Numbered from the whole stretch's first letter, positions 49,767 through 61,680 are shown. The stretch is DNA of 63,138 nt, filler included, from Octopus bimaculoides (GCF_001194135.2; 7 parts of 7 records of this genome joined end to end with filler, not necessarily neighbours in it); one strand, 5' to 3'. Made by a program: numbers and translations. The notes: generated by a model not told the origin, from the letters alone.

Positions 49767-50018
49767 CATGCAGTTGCCTGACGAAAGATATGAGACATAC
49801 ATTTGTCTACGCTGGAGAGAAATTCTAAAAATAATTAAATTGAAAATTACGCATTTACTTTGATGCACAATATACGAAAATGTTTCCTGTTGACTAATGT
49901 AACTGCTGCTGGAGGACAGAGATTAAATGTATGCTCTACATCATGATTTGAGTACTATATTTCTTCTTAGAGCCACCAAACTCAAACACACACGCATAGA
50001 TATATACGTATACATATA

Positions 50019-50408
50019 GACGCGGGAGTGACTGTGTAGTAAGGAGCTTGCTTCTCAACCACATGGTTCCGAGTTCAGTTCCACTGCGTCGCAACTTGGA
50101 CAATTATCTTCTACTATAGCCTAGAGCTGACCAAAGCCTTGTGAGAGGATTTGGGAGTAGGAAAATGAAAGAAGTCCGTCGTATATATATATATATATAT
50201 GTACGAATTTGTGTGTTAGTGTTTTCACCCACCATCGCTTGACAACCGATGGTGGTGTGTTTACGTCCCCGTAATTAATCGGTTCGGCAAAAGAGAACGA
50301 TAGAATAAGTACGTGACTTAGAAAGAATAAGGCCTGGAATCGATTTGTTCGACTAAAGGTGGTGCTCTAGCATGGCCGCAGTCAAATGACTGAAACAAGA
50401 AAAAGAAT
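50019..50408 (+). mobile_element. SINE family A full length
   Basis: head gacgcgggagtgactgtgtagtaagg, core, internal (TA)n, tail gcatggccgcagtcaaatgactgaaacaag. Confidence 0.9.
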
Positions 50409-51562
50409 ATATTTATAGATAGATAGATAGATATGCAATGCTAGAATTCACTTTCAATCCTTCCCGCTCTTTTTTAATAATAAATAAGCTTTAATCTGTG
50501 GTATCGTGTCGTTGTTTCATCAGTAAAATTTTGTTGTAACACTTAAATTAACACACTACCAACATTAATATGAATGTATGTGTATATTNNNNNNNNNNNN
50601 NNNNNNNNNNNNNNNNNNNNNNNNNNNNNNNNNNNNNNNNNNNNNNNNNNNNNNNNNNNNNNNNNNNNNNNNNNNNNNNNNNNNNNNNNNNNNNNNNNNN
50701 NNNNNNNNNNNNNNNNNNNNNNNNNNNNNNNNNNNNNNNNNNNNNNNNNNNNNNNNNNNNNNNNNNNNNNNNNNNNNNNNNNNNNNNNNNNNCATCCCTG
50801 CCGCTATTTTTTTTATGTAATTTTTTTTTAATTTTCATTTTAAATTTTTGCTCATTTTATTTGTGTAATGTTCAAGTTATTTCCCTTGCTCCGTTATTTG
50901 CTTTCTTTTGTCATGTTTTGTTTGCATCCTTTTATTTCATGTTTTCCTTCCTTTATGTACTTTTTCTTTTCTGTTGCTTCTCTTCTTTCATTCTTTTTGA
51001 TTGTTAATTTTTGACTATGTATATCTTTGCTTGTTTTATTTTCGTTATTTTACATGTGTAGTTGCTACATATATTTTGTTTTATGTTTACTTTTTGAAAA
51101 TTTTATGTTTATCTGCAAATTTTTTTACTTTTCTTGCTTTTCATTTTTGTGTTTTTGATTGTAACGTTTTTGAAACTTTCGTTTATTATTATTATTATCA
51201 TTATTATTATTATTATTTGCTATGTTGACCAATTTACTTTGTTTTTCTTTCTTTTATCATGCCATGTATCATAAAATACCAAATATAATAGACACCCCAC
51301 CCAAATCTGCTTTTGTAATTGACACATCTAATAATTTATGGAATTAGGTAACAATATCTTATTTCCACATCCACTTTGACTTCCTAAAATTCCTCAATGA
51401 TGTAACAGAGCCTTGATAATTAGTAAATATTGCATAGCAAGTTGTATAATAAAAATCCTTTGTATTTTTGCAAACATATGATATAAATACAAAAATAAAT
51501 ACAAATATAATATCATATGTTCTGATATGATATAATATTATGTAATATTATGTAATATAACA

Positions 51563-51616
<54 letters not shown>

Positions 51617-51649
51617 TTTATTTTGGTACATATAATTTGCAATCTGCTT

Positions 51650-52400
51650 TCAATTAGACAAAGTGTTTTTCTGTCACTAACTCTTGTTCTCGCATAAAGT
51701 CATCGTAGTAGAGGGCACTGTCGTATATATGATTTCTTGCATACGTGTCATCAATCCTCTGCTTTCTCACAATATGATATCTAGACTTACATCCTTTGCA
51801 TTTAATATATCTCTTTCTTATTGTGCCCCGGAACATTTTCTGGAGAGCGCTTCTGTCAAAGTTACGATTTAGCAAGTAAATTTGTTGTGCACTTTGCTTG
51901 TTGCGTTTCTTACATGCCACATGAATTACCATTAACCTCTTTGTTATACTACTGGGAATAAAGGACAGATCTATTTTGCTATCGATAAAGACACCCTTTG
52001 CGTTCTGCATTTGATGATATTCCTTGTCTGGTCCAAGAATTCATGATTCAATACTGGATCAGTTTCATAACCTTCCAATCGGTTTCATGCTCGGGGATAC
52101 ATACACCAATAGGGAATTATATTGATGAAGTTATTTAGCCCCTTGATACCGAGATCTATACATATGAGTGAATAACAGGGACTTTGATTTCCTGTCATGA
52201 TACGTAGATTCTTACTGTCTCAGTCATACGACAATATGAGAGCTACACTGATATTGTACATGCGATCAAAGGTTTGTCTGTTTGGTCGGTATTCCCGATA
52301 TGACTGACAGGGTAGCCATGATTGTTTATTAAGTCAATAATGAACATAGAGCAGATAGTCACTGATGACATCACGGAGTGTGTAACAAAAGAACTTTGAA
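51650..52400 (-). mobile_element. Highly degenerate non-LTR RT C-terminal remnant, R4/Dong-like (tentative)
   Basis: fragments SHIG, SY..DLGI, YETDPVLNHEFLDQTRNIIK and LLNRNFDRS..IRK..IKC resemble the post-RT region; alignment by eye only. Confidence 0.38.
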
Positions 52401-52543
52401 AGACGTATAAACTAGAAATAATACAAATGAAAGCGAAAGTGAAGATCAAGTGAACGAATGAGCAGGAAAGGATACACACCACAGAGAGAGCTAGTCGATT
52501 ACATCGACCCTAGTACGCAACTGGTACTTAATACACCTCTCTT

Positions 52544-52600
<57 letters not shown>

Positions 52601-53405
52601 AGTTTATACCTTTAATTCAAATTCTCACCATTGTCCACGTCGACATTGTGTCACGCCAAATAAGCCTAAATATTACGTTAAACGTACACGAGTCTGCTGA
52701 ATACAGAGCCATTTACAAGTTCATTTCAATAACACTCCAGCAACTGAATGCTCCTCGTCGACAAGGACGGAGAACCCATGATATTTACACCTACACATAT
52801 ATTTATGAAACACACCGTACAGTTTCGTTTATGTAATCCTGACGTCATCGCTCGAATTTTAATATGTCGTTCCTGCAATTTTTGCTAATCTAAAAATTGA
52901 TTGAAATTTTGGAATTTATATAATAAAAAAAAAAATTATATAAAAATGATATCAAAAAAATTACACAAAAACATAATTTATATAATTTTCTGGTTGTTTA
53001 CATAAATCTTGCTATTTTTGTTGATGTTGGTTTAGCTGTTTATTGTTGATAACGAAATTGATGGTATTGTTGTTGTTGGTCTTCCTACCGCATGTACACT
53101 TCTCTCTCCTGATTTATATTCTGTTTAAGCCTGTTTGTTTATTTAAATTTTGTTTACATTTATGCTTACTTTGTGCATGTTATGGTGTTGACGATTGACA
53201 TTGCCGGGCTTTTGTTTGTTCTTTTATATCAATATTATATATTGCACTTCATGTTTCGTGTTTTGTGTTGATGTTGTTGCTGCTGATATTATTTNNNNNN
53301 NNNNNNNNNNNNNNNNNNNNNNNNNNNNNNNNNNNNNNNNNNNNNNNNNNNNNNNNNNNNNNNNNNNNNNNNNNNNNNNNNNNNNNNNNNNNNNNNNNNN
53401 NNNNN

Positions 53406-55165
53406 TTCAAATTCCGCCGAGGTCGACTGTGCATTTCGTCCTTTCGAGCTCGATAAAATAAGTACTAGATGAATACCGGGTTTGATCGACTAGTCCCCTC
53501 CCCCAAAATTTCAGGCCTCGTGCCTTTCGTTGACAGATTTCAAGACATAAAGCCAGCGAGCTAGCAGAATCGTTAGCATGCTGGCTTTATGTTCGGAATT
53601 CAAATTCCGCCGAGGTCGGCTGTGCATTTCGTCCTTTCGAGCTCGATAAAATAAGTACTAGATGAATACCGGGGTTGATCGACTAGTCCCCTCCCCCAAA
53701 ATTTCAGGCCTTGTGCCTTTCGTTGACAGATTTTAAGACATAAAGCCAGCGAGCTGGCAGAATCGTTAGCACGCTGGCTTTATGTTCTGAGTTCAAATTC
53801 CGCCGAGGTTGACTTTGCCTTTCATTCTTGTCCTCAACTGGTATATACCAGTTGAGGACAAGGGTAGATAAAATCAACTTAGCTCCTCCCCCGAATTTGC
53901 TGGTCTTGTGTCAATCTCTGAAATCAATATTAGTTACGTTAATAAGCAGAATAGTAAAATTCCGCAGCGTTCAACTTATCGGGGTTGAATAAAAAAAAAA
54001 GTACCAGTCAAATAGTGTGAACGCTAGTGACAATTAACCCCTCCCCTCAAAACCGCTGGCCTTGTATCAAAATTAGGAAGAGTTCTTACGTAGGGCAGCA
54101 TTTTTTCGGTTCCGTATATTCTGAGTTCTACTTCCGCCGAGATCATCTTTACACTTCAAGATTTTGGGGGCCGAAACTATGAAGTACCAACCAAATACTG
54201 TAACAAATGGTATCGATTAATCCCGCTCTTCTCATTAAAATTACTAGATTGGGAACATTTATTAAGTAAGTTAATATTTCTTCGGATTTTTATATTCTGA
54301 GTTAAAATTCCTCCGTGATCAGCTTTGCTACGCAATTGTTTGGGGGTCGTTAAAATAAAATACCAGCCAAATATGGTGGTTACTTAATCGTCTAAAACTT
54401 GCCACAAATTTCACACACTCTGCCTGAAAGAATTATTAAGTAGAGCAGTGGAGAAAATCCTTTGCTTCTTGTTCTGAGTTCGAATCCTACGGATGTTAGC
54501 CTTACTTTTCATTCCTGTTGGAGTTGATTTAATAAAGTAGCAATCAAATACACGGATCAATGTAATCGATTATATGGTTCTTCCAAAGAATTGTGCCAAT
54601 GTTAGAAAATGTAAAGGGTCAGGTAATAACAGAATCATTACAGCGTCTCACAAAATGTCGTACAATATTTAATCATTTGAAGGCGGCGAGCTGGCAGAAA
54701 CGTTAGCGTACCGGGTGAAATGCTTAGCGGTATTTCGTCTGTCTTTACGTTCTGAGTTCAAATTCCGCCGAGGTCGACTTTACCTTTCGTCCTTTCGGGG
54801 TCGATAAATTAAATACCAGTTGCGTACTGGGGTCGATGTAATCGACTAGTCCTCTCACCCAAAATTTTGAGCCTTGTATCTAGAGTAGAAAAGAAACGTT
54901 AGCACGCCGGGCGAAATGCTTAGCGGTATTTCGTCTGCCGTTACGTTCTGAGTTCAAATTCCGCCGAGGTCGACTTTGCCTTTCATCCTTTCAAGGTCGA
55001 TAAATTAAGTACCAGTTACGCACTGGGGTCGATGTAATCGACTTAATCCCTTTGCCTGTCCTTGTTTGTCCCCTCTATGTTTAGCCCCTTGTGGGCAATA
55101 AAGAAATAGGTATTTCGTCTGTCTTTGCGTTCTGAGTTCAAACTCCACCGAGGTCGACATTGCTG
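53406..55165 (+). repeat. Head-to-tail array of ~10 SINE family B units
   Basis: ttctgag/ttcaaattcc unit anchors at ~53399, 53592, 53785, ~53947, 54119, 54295, 54472, 54750, 54946 and 55130; first two units are near-identical 193-bp repeats. Confidence 0.85.
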
Positions 55166-55764
55166 GCCTTGTAGCAAAATTTGAAACCGATATTTAAATC
55201 ACGAACCTTTCCGTTCAGATTTCGGATCTCAAAAATGTCAAATTTTTGTCATTTATTTGTTTGGGGAGAAGGTCCCTAAAATAAACTACCAGTAATATTT
55301 TGGGTGAATGCAATCAAATATAACACCCTACTTCCTCCAACATTTCTAACTTTGTCCATGGCATTGAAATATATATCACTGGCATTATTGGTAATGTTGT
55401 AGCTGTAGTTGTTGTTCTTCTTGTTGTTAATGTCATTGCTTAATTCGTTGCTGTTCTTAGTGCTATTGCCAAAGGGTAACAAAAGCGATAACCTTTGAAA
55501 AGAATAGAGGGTGCCCCAGCATGGCCGTAGCCCTATGTGTGTGGGGGGGGGTGGAATAAATAAAACAAGCAATAAAACCAATAAACATTGCAATAACGAT
55601 AATACAGAGCAGTGATAAAAAGGAAGGGGCGGCGGAGGAGGAAGGGGATGAGGTGAAGGAGAGGAAGAGAGGATGAGGAAGAGGGGAAGTGGAGGAAAGA
55701 GAAGGAAGAAACCGTCAACCGTGACGAAATTTTCATTAATACGCACCATTTTCTTTAATATATG

Positions 55765-55800
<36 letters not shown>

Positions 55801-56706
55801 TTCAAGGCTTGAATATGGTACTTATGCGAAGGCACCCGAATATCACATCCCAAAAGGATGGGTGATTAAAATCAAATAATAAGCAACACGGATTTCAAAA
55901 GTGATTGCAGTACGCACGTTTCATGCTACTTCAATTTATTTAAGTAATGTGAGCATTACCTTAAATACAATATGAAGAGCAATCTTCAGCTGCACGAAAA
56001 AATGTAGAAAAAATGTAGAAAAAAATGTAGAAAAAAAATGTAGAAAAAAAAGACATTACAAATNNNNNNNNNNNNNNNNNNNNNNNNNNNNNNNNNNNNN
56101 NNNNNNNNNNNNNNNNNNNNNNNNNNNNNNNNNNNNNNNNNNNNNNNNNNNNNNNNNNNNNNNNNNNNNNNNNNNNNNNNNNNNNNNNNNNNNNNNNNNN
56201 NNNNNNNNNNNNNNNNNNNNNNNNNNNNNNNNNNNNNNNNNNNNNNNNNNNNNNNNNNNNNNNNNNNNNNNNNNNNNNNNNNNNNNNNNNNNNNNNNNNN
56301 NNNNNNNNNNNNNNNNNNNNNNNNNNNNNNNNNNNNNNNNNNNNNNNNNNNNNNNNNNNNNNNNNNNNNNNNNNNNNNNNNNNNNNNNNNNNNNNNNNNN
56401 NNNNNNNNNNNNNNNNNNNNNNNNNNNNNNNNNNNNNNNNNNNNNNNNNNNNNNNNNNNNNNNNNNNNNNNNNNNNNNNNNNNNNNNNNNNACACAGTAA
56501 GAGGTATGTTAATAAAATAAAATGAGATGTAGTTATCTTTCACAAAAATCATGAAAATAATGTCAATATTGAATTCAGGGGCTCTGGATAGGGTGTAAAA
56601 TTTAAGGATATATATATATATATAGATATGTGTGTGTGTACATATGTATACATACATATAATTATATATATATATATATATATATATGTCCGTATGCATA
56701 TCTAGC

Positions 56707-56737
<31 letters not shown>

Positions 56738-57519
56738 GCTGTCATTTTGTAACTATATAAGTTGTATTAAAAATGACGTCTCATGTTCTTATATTTTATA
56801 TTCAATCATTTATTCCTCGTTTTAATTGTCAATATTTTTTTCTTATATTGTCTTTCTCGTTATATTTCCAGTTGATATTGAATTGTCTTTTTAACCATAT
56901 TCATTGCATAAGTTATTATTTTTGTTATCGTCGCTGTTGACTTAGCTCTTTTTTTCTTTTAAATATATATATATTTCTTTTTAATGTTTGTTATATTTTC
57001 GTGTAATATTTTCTCTGGATCTTCCTGGATGTTTATATCATTTCAATATTTTTGCGTTTAATTTTAATTTTTGTATGCCTAGTTCTTACTGATTGCTGTA
57101 TTATATAGTCATATTAATTTGTCCTCCATGTCATTCACGTCGTTGTTGTTTTTGCTATTGTTGTTGTTGTTGTCACTGTTCATTTAACTTCCATTCATAT
57201 TTGTTAGCTTTTATTAATATATTTTAAATTTCGTGGATTTTGCAGTTTTTGGTTTTGATTTCAATGTTGTTATATTTGTTGTTAATTGCTATTGTTGTTG
57301 TTTTTGCGGTTGTTATTTATTACGTTTATTGTCAGTAGTTTATACACACATACACGCATACAGTTATGCACACAAATACACACACAAATCCATGTATATA
57401 TGCATGTATATATTCTTTTGGATGCTGTTGGGGGAATTAGTTTTTTTTTTAAAGAAATTATAATATTCTTTCCCTCGAGTTTTTAATTAATTTAAATTAG
57501 TCGCATATTTTCTTAATGG

Positions 57520-57799
57520 CTTTTGAAATGATGATGCTGCTGCTGCTACTGCTGCTGCTGATGATGATGATGATGATGACAATTTTGGATATAACGCTGG
57601 TTGTAGTAACGCTGATGGTTGCGGTGGTTGTAGTAGTAGTGATGGTGGTGGTGTCAATGATGATCCTCATGGTGGTGGTGGTGGTGACAATGGTGGTTAT
57701 GGTGGTGGTAGAGATGATGTCGGTGGTGGTGATCACAGCGGTGATTGTAGTCATGGTAGTGTTGGTGGTGGTGGTTGTGGTTTTGGCGCTGTGGAATGA

Positions 57800-57833
<34 letters not shown>

Positions 57834-58230
57834 GGAGGTAGTGGTGGCAGTTGTGATTGTAGTAGTAGTGGCAGTAGTGGAAGTGTTGATTGTAATGATG
57901 TTGATGATGGTGGCGCCAGTAGTCGCAGTGGTAACTGTAGTAATGGTGATAGTGGTGGTGGTGGTGGTTGTAGTATCGATGGGTGCGGCGGCGGTATTGG
58001 TGATAGTGGCGTCGGAGGTGGTGACGTTAGTATCTTTGGGGCAGTGCTGAAAATTATGTCGACAGTAGTAGTAGTAGTGGTGGTGGTGCTGGTGCTGCTG
58101 GTGGTGGTGATGATGATAGTCGCAGGTGGTGCTTGTGGTCGTGTTGCGTCAGCAGTTATTGTGATGGTGACGTTGTCATATTCGTGATTCGTCGTGATAA
58201 TAGCGGTGATGATGATGATGCTGTAAGCTC
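57520..58230 (+). repeat. Degenerate GGT/GAT/AGT trinucleotide low-complexity tract
   Basis: direct; produces a spurious poly-V/M/G ORF. Confidence 0.85.
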
Positions 58231-58398
58231 GATTCTGCTTATTAGGATGTTCTTGTTGTTGCTGCTGCTCTTATAATTGTGGTTTAACCTTTGGTCGGCG
58301 CAAAATGGACACACCTATGATCAAAAACACACCATCTGAGGACATCCAATCGTTTATATGTGTACCTCGAGAAGTGCAGTATACGACATTTAGATAAC

Positions 58399-58665
58399 TT
58401 TCTTTATTAGCCACGCAGGGCTGAACACAGATGGGACAAATACAATGTAGAGTTTTTTCTATTCGAGGGGGGCGAAAACAGTCAAAATAAATAAAAAAAA
58501 GTAGGGACAATGATCAAAAGGAATAGAAATCGTTTGGGATATATGCAAAAAAAAAAATAAAGTAATACAAAAAGTTCGCAAGAAATGGGGAGGTTTATCC
58601 GTGGAAAGAAAAAAACCCACGAAAAGATCACGGTGACCTCGGGCAATAATGTTACATTTTAACAA
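58399..58665 (-). mobile_element. LINE-like 3' end or UTR remnant sharing its terminus with SINE family B
   Basis: reverse complement of 58399-58440 matches the SINE B tail at 55065-55106 at 34/42 positions, ungapped; upstream sequence is unrelated to SINE B. Confidence 0.5.
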
Positions 58666-58738
58666 ATTTATTTACAAAAAGTAAGTATCTCTCTCTCTGA
58701 TGCAGCTCAAATACTCCTGTAAAATGTTTCTTATGCTA

Positions 58739-58906
58739 TACTCTCTTTTACTTGTTTCAGTCATTTGACTGTGGCCATGCTGGAGCACCGCCTTTTAGTC
58801 GGGCAAGTCGACCCCAGAACTTATTCTTTGTAAGCCTAGTACTTACTCGATCGGTCTCTTTTGCCGAACCGCTAAGTGACGGGGACGTAAACACACCAGC
58901 ATCGGA
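58739..58906 (-). mobile_element. SINE family A 3' half
   Basis: cttttacttgtttcagtcatttgactgtggccatgctggagcaccgcc..gacgtaaacacaccagcatcgg. Confidence 0.9.
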
Positions 58907-59070
58907 GCAGAGAAGAGGCTTGGAAGATCGGGTAAAAAATATCCCTATAAGACGGAATAAATTGTTCAATAAGCTGCTACAGAGAATTCTACTTTTAGAG
59001 TAGCTTATTGAAGACATCTCCAGCAGCTTATTGAAGACATATACACTAACGGGGACGAAAACAGTCCCAA

Positions 59071-59145
59071 AGCTGCCGATCGAGAATTCTTAATACTGAC
59101 ACATCAGTTTCGGCAATTTCTGTTGCTTCATCAGTTAAGGCAGCT
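59071..59145 (-). ncRNA. Type I hammerhead ribozyme, near-canonical
   Basis: AGCUGC-CUUAA-CUGAUGA-A-GCAA-cagaaa-UUGC-C-GAA-ACUGA-ugug-UCAGU-A^-UUAAG-aauucucgaucg-GCAGCU: all three stems pair, full core present, GUA cleavage triplet. Confidence 0.8.
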
Positions 59146-59550
59146 CGGCTTCTGCTTTTATTTCTTTTATTTAAGCACATGACCTTTATAAAGAGAGGAC
59201 ACCACAGGGATAGACAATACATGGGGTACATAAAAACATATAACGAATGAATTATGAATATGAATGAATGCTCTTTCTGGACCCGATTCGCCATTAGTAT
59301 TTATGCCTTCGTCATCCAAATAATTGGATTATTTAGCAATTCGCTAATGTGTATATATATAAAATTAATATAAACAGCAGTTTGTAATGTTTCACCAGAA
59401 AGGAGAATTACAAATATCACTAAATGTGACTAGGGTGTTAGGAAACACCTACATTGCTAGAAATAGGAGTTAAATAGCTCTCATGCTGTAGTTAACGCAC
59501 GTGAATGAAAACACATACACCAACAGGGACCATAATAGTCCCTAGTCACG

Positions 59551-59582
<32 letters not shown>

Positions 59583-60781
59583 CTTATATTCTTTTATTTT
59601 TTATATATATATTTCCGTCTAAAGACTACGACCACACGATGGAACACCGCCAGTGTAATCGCCTTTTCAGTGGCCATTCATATGCAATAGGCTTTTGATG
59701 AAGGAGGGAGTTCGATACATCTGCCCTGGTATATGTATGCATCTATGTATGTATGTGTGAATGTATGTATTGTGCATGTATGTATGTGTGTAAAATCTTG
59801 GACAGACAGAGAGAATGACAGATCGAGAAACGAGATTAATGAATAGTTAGAGATCGAAAGACATATATGTACATGTGAAGGGATTATATTTTTGTGTGCG
59901 TTTATACGCACACACACACACACACNNNNNNNNNNNNNNNNNNNNNNNNNNNNNNNNNNNNNNNNNNNNNNNNNNNNNNNNNNNNNNNNNNNNNNNNNNN
60001 NNNNNNNNNNNNNNNNNNNNNNNNNNNNNNNNNNNNNNNNNNNNNNNNNNNNNNNNNNNNNNNNNNNNNNNNNNNNNNNNNNNNNNNNNNNNNNNNNNNN
60101 NNNNNNNNNNNNNNNNNNNNNNNNNNNNNNNNNNNNNNNNNNNNNNNNNNNNNNNNNNNNNNNNACACACACACACACACACACACACATTTGCAATGTC
60201 TATCTGCATTTCCGCTCGAATGGGTTTGTCTCAGTACATCTCTTTTCTTTGTGGTCTTTTGGGAGGAGGAGGAAAAGGGGACGAGGATGAAAAAGTGGAG
60301 GATGCTTGATATTTGTGTTTTGCTCTTTCTTTTGTTTTATATTCTGTGATTCGAGAGATCATCGAATGGAAGAAAGCTAATGAAATTATGACTCTAATAA
60401 AGACAGATGTTTGATATAACGAATACACTAGGCAGCGGCAGCGGGATCAATGCCACTACCTCGATGATTCTGGTTCAACGCAATCACTTCTACCTTCACT
60501 ATCATCACGACTAACCAACACTGCCACCATCACCATCACCACCACCAACAACAACAAAGACAAGGACAACAACAATACATCCCTCAACAGCTACAAAAGC
60601 ACAAAAATAGAAATAAACAAAGAAGATAACAGTAACAGACATAGAATTATGCGAAAGTACAAAAATAGGGGAAGAACGAGAATTTTTATATGGGTGTATA
60701 AATGTGTGTGTGTGTGTCTGTCCGTATATATGTGTACACATATATACAAATATATATCAATATAGATACAGATACATGTAT

Positions 60782-60997
60782 GTAGTAGTAGTAGTAGTAG
60801 TAGTAATAACAGCAGTAGTAGTAGTAATAACAGCAGTAGTAGTAGTAATAACAGCAGTAGTAGTAGTAATAACAGCAGTAGTAGTAGTAGTAGTAATAAC
60901 AGCAGCAGTAGTAGTAGTAGTAGTAATAACAGCAGCAGTAGTAGTAGTAGTAATAACAGCAGCAGTAGTAGTAGTAGTAATAACAGCAGCAGTAGTA
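60782..60997 (+). repeat. Higher-order minisatellite [(GTA)n-ATAACAGCA], 8 units
   Basis: eight aataacagc anchors; first four intervals are 21,21,21,27 bp, later units carry an extra GCA. Confidence 0.9.
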
Positions 60998-61097
60998 NNN
61001 NNNNNNNNNNNNNNNNNNNNNNNNNNNNNNNNNNNNNNNNNTTAATTAATTAANNNNNNNNNNNNNNNNNNNNNNNNNNNNNNNNNNNNNNNNNNNN
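60998..61097. other. Artificial 100-bp assembly spacer
   Basis: 44N-TTAATTAATTAA-44N. Confidence 0.95.
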
Positions 61098-61619
61098 ATA
61101 TATATCCGAGTATGTATATATATATATAATTACAACTCTCCATCACATAAGCAGCCATACATAAGCACACACACAAATACACGCACACACATACGCCTCT
61201 ATCCGCCCACACACGTAACTTGGCTCTTAAATAATATCGCTGGTCTGCAAATTATCGGATAATTTCCTGTCAAAATGGTAAAGGAATCAAGTGAAATTAA
61301 AATAAATACCCAACTAATGACAAGAAGAGTTTAAAGACAAATAAACAGAGAACGGTAACGGTGAGGGGAGGGGCATGAATGGGTTGGAGAGAGGTGAATC
61401 ACAAATGAATTAAGATAATGGAAACAAATGCAAAATGGTGGAAATGACGACGAAAACTAAAACAAAACTGAATTGGAATACAGCAAGTTTTTATATATGC
61501 GTGTGCGTGTGTATCTGTGTGTTTTCTGTGTGTGTGAGTGTAGTCAAAATCAAAAACAAACAATGCGCATGCGCGAAATTAAAAATATAGAATGGCGACA
61601 ATTTACCCATCGCACCTTG

Positions 61620-61680
<61 letters not shown>

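Noticed and set aside
51654-52010. 118-aa minus ORF as a host gene
   Set aside because: No convincing splice sites; adjacent frames carry RT-like fragments, so it is treated as a decayed retroelement.
53406-55165. CRISPR array or retrozyme interpretation of the tandem units
   Set aside because: Units are 160-195-bp SINE copies with no unique spacers or cas genes, and I found no CUGANGA/GAAA core inside them.
57516-58187. 223-aa ORF and other poly-V/T/H/M/I ORFs
   Set aside because: These are translations of trinucleotide and dinucleotide microsatellites.
59046-59294. 82-aa minus ORF with a possible acceptor
   Set aside because: No recognisable protein; the sequence is better explained by the hammerhead structure it overlaps.
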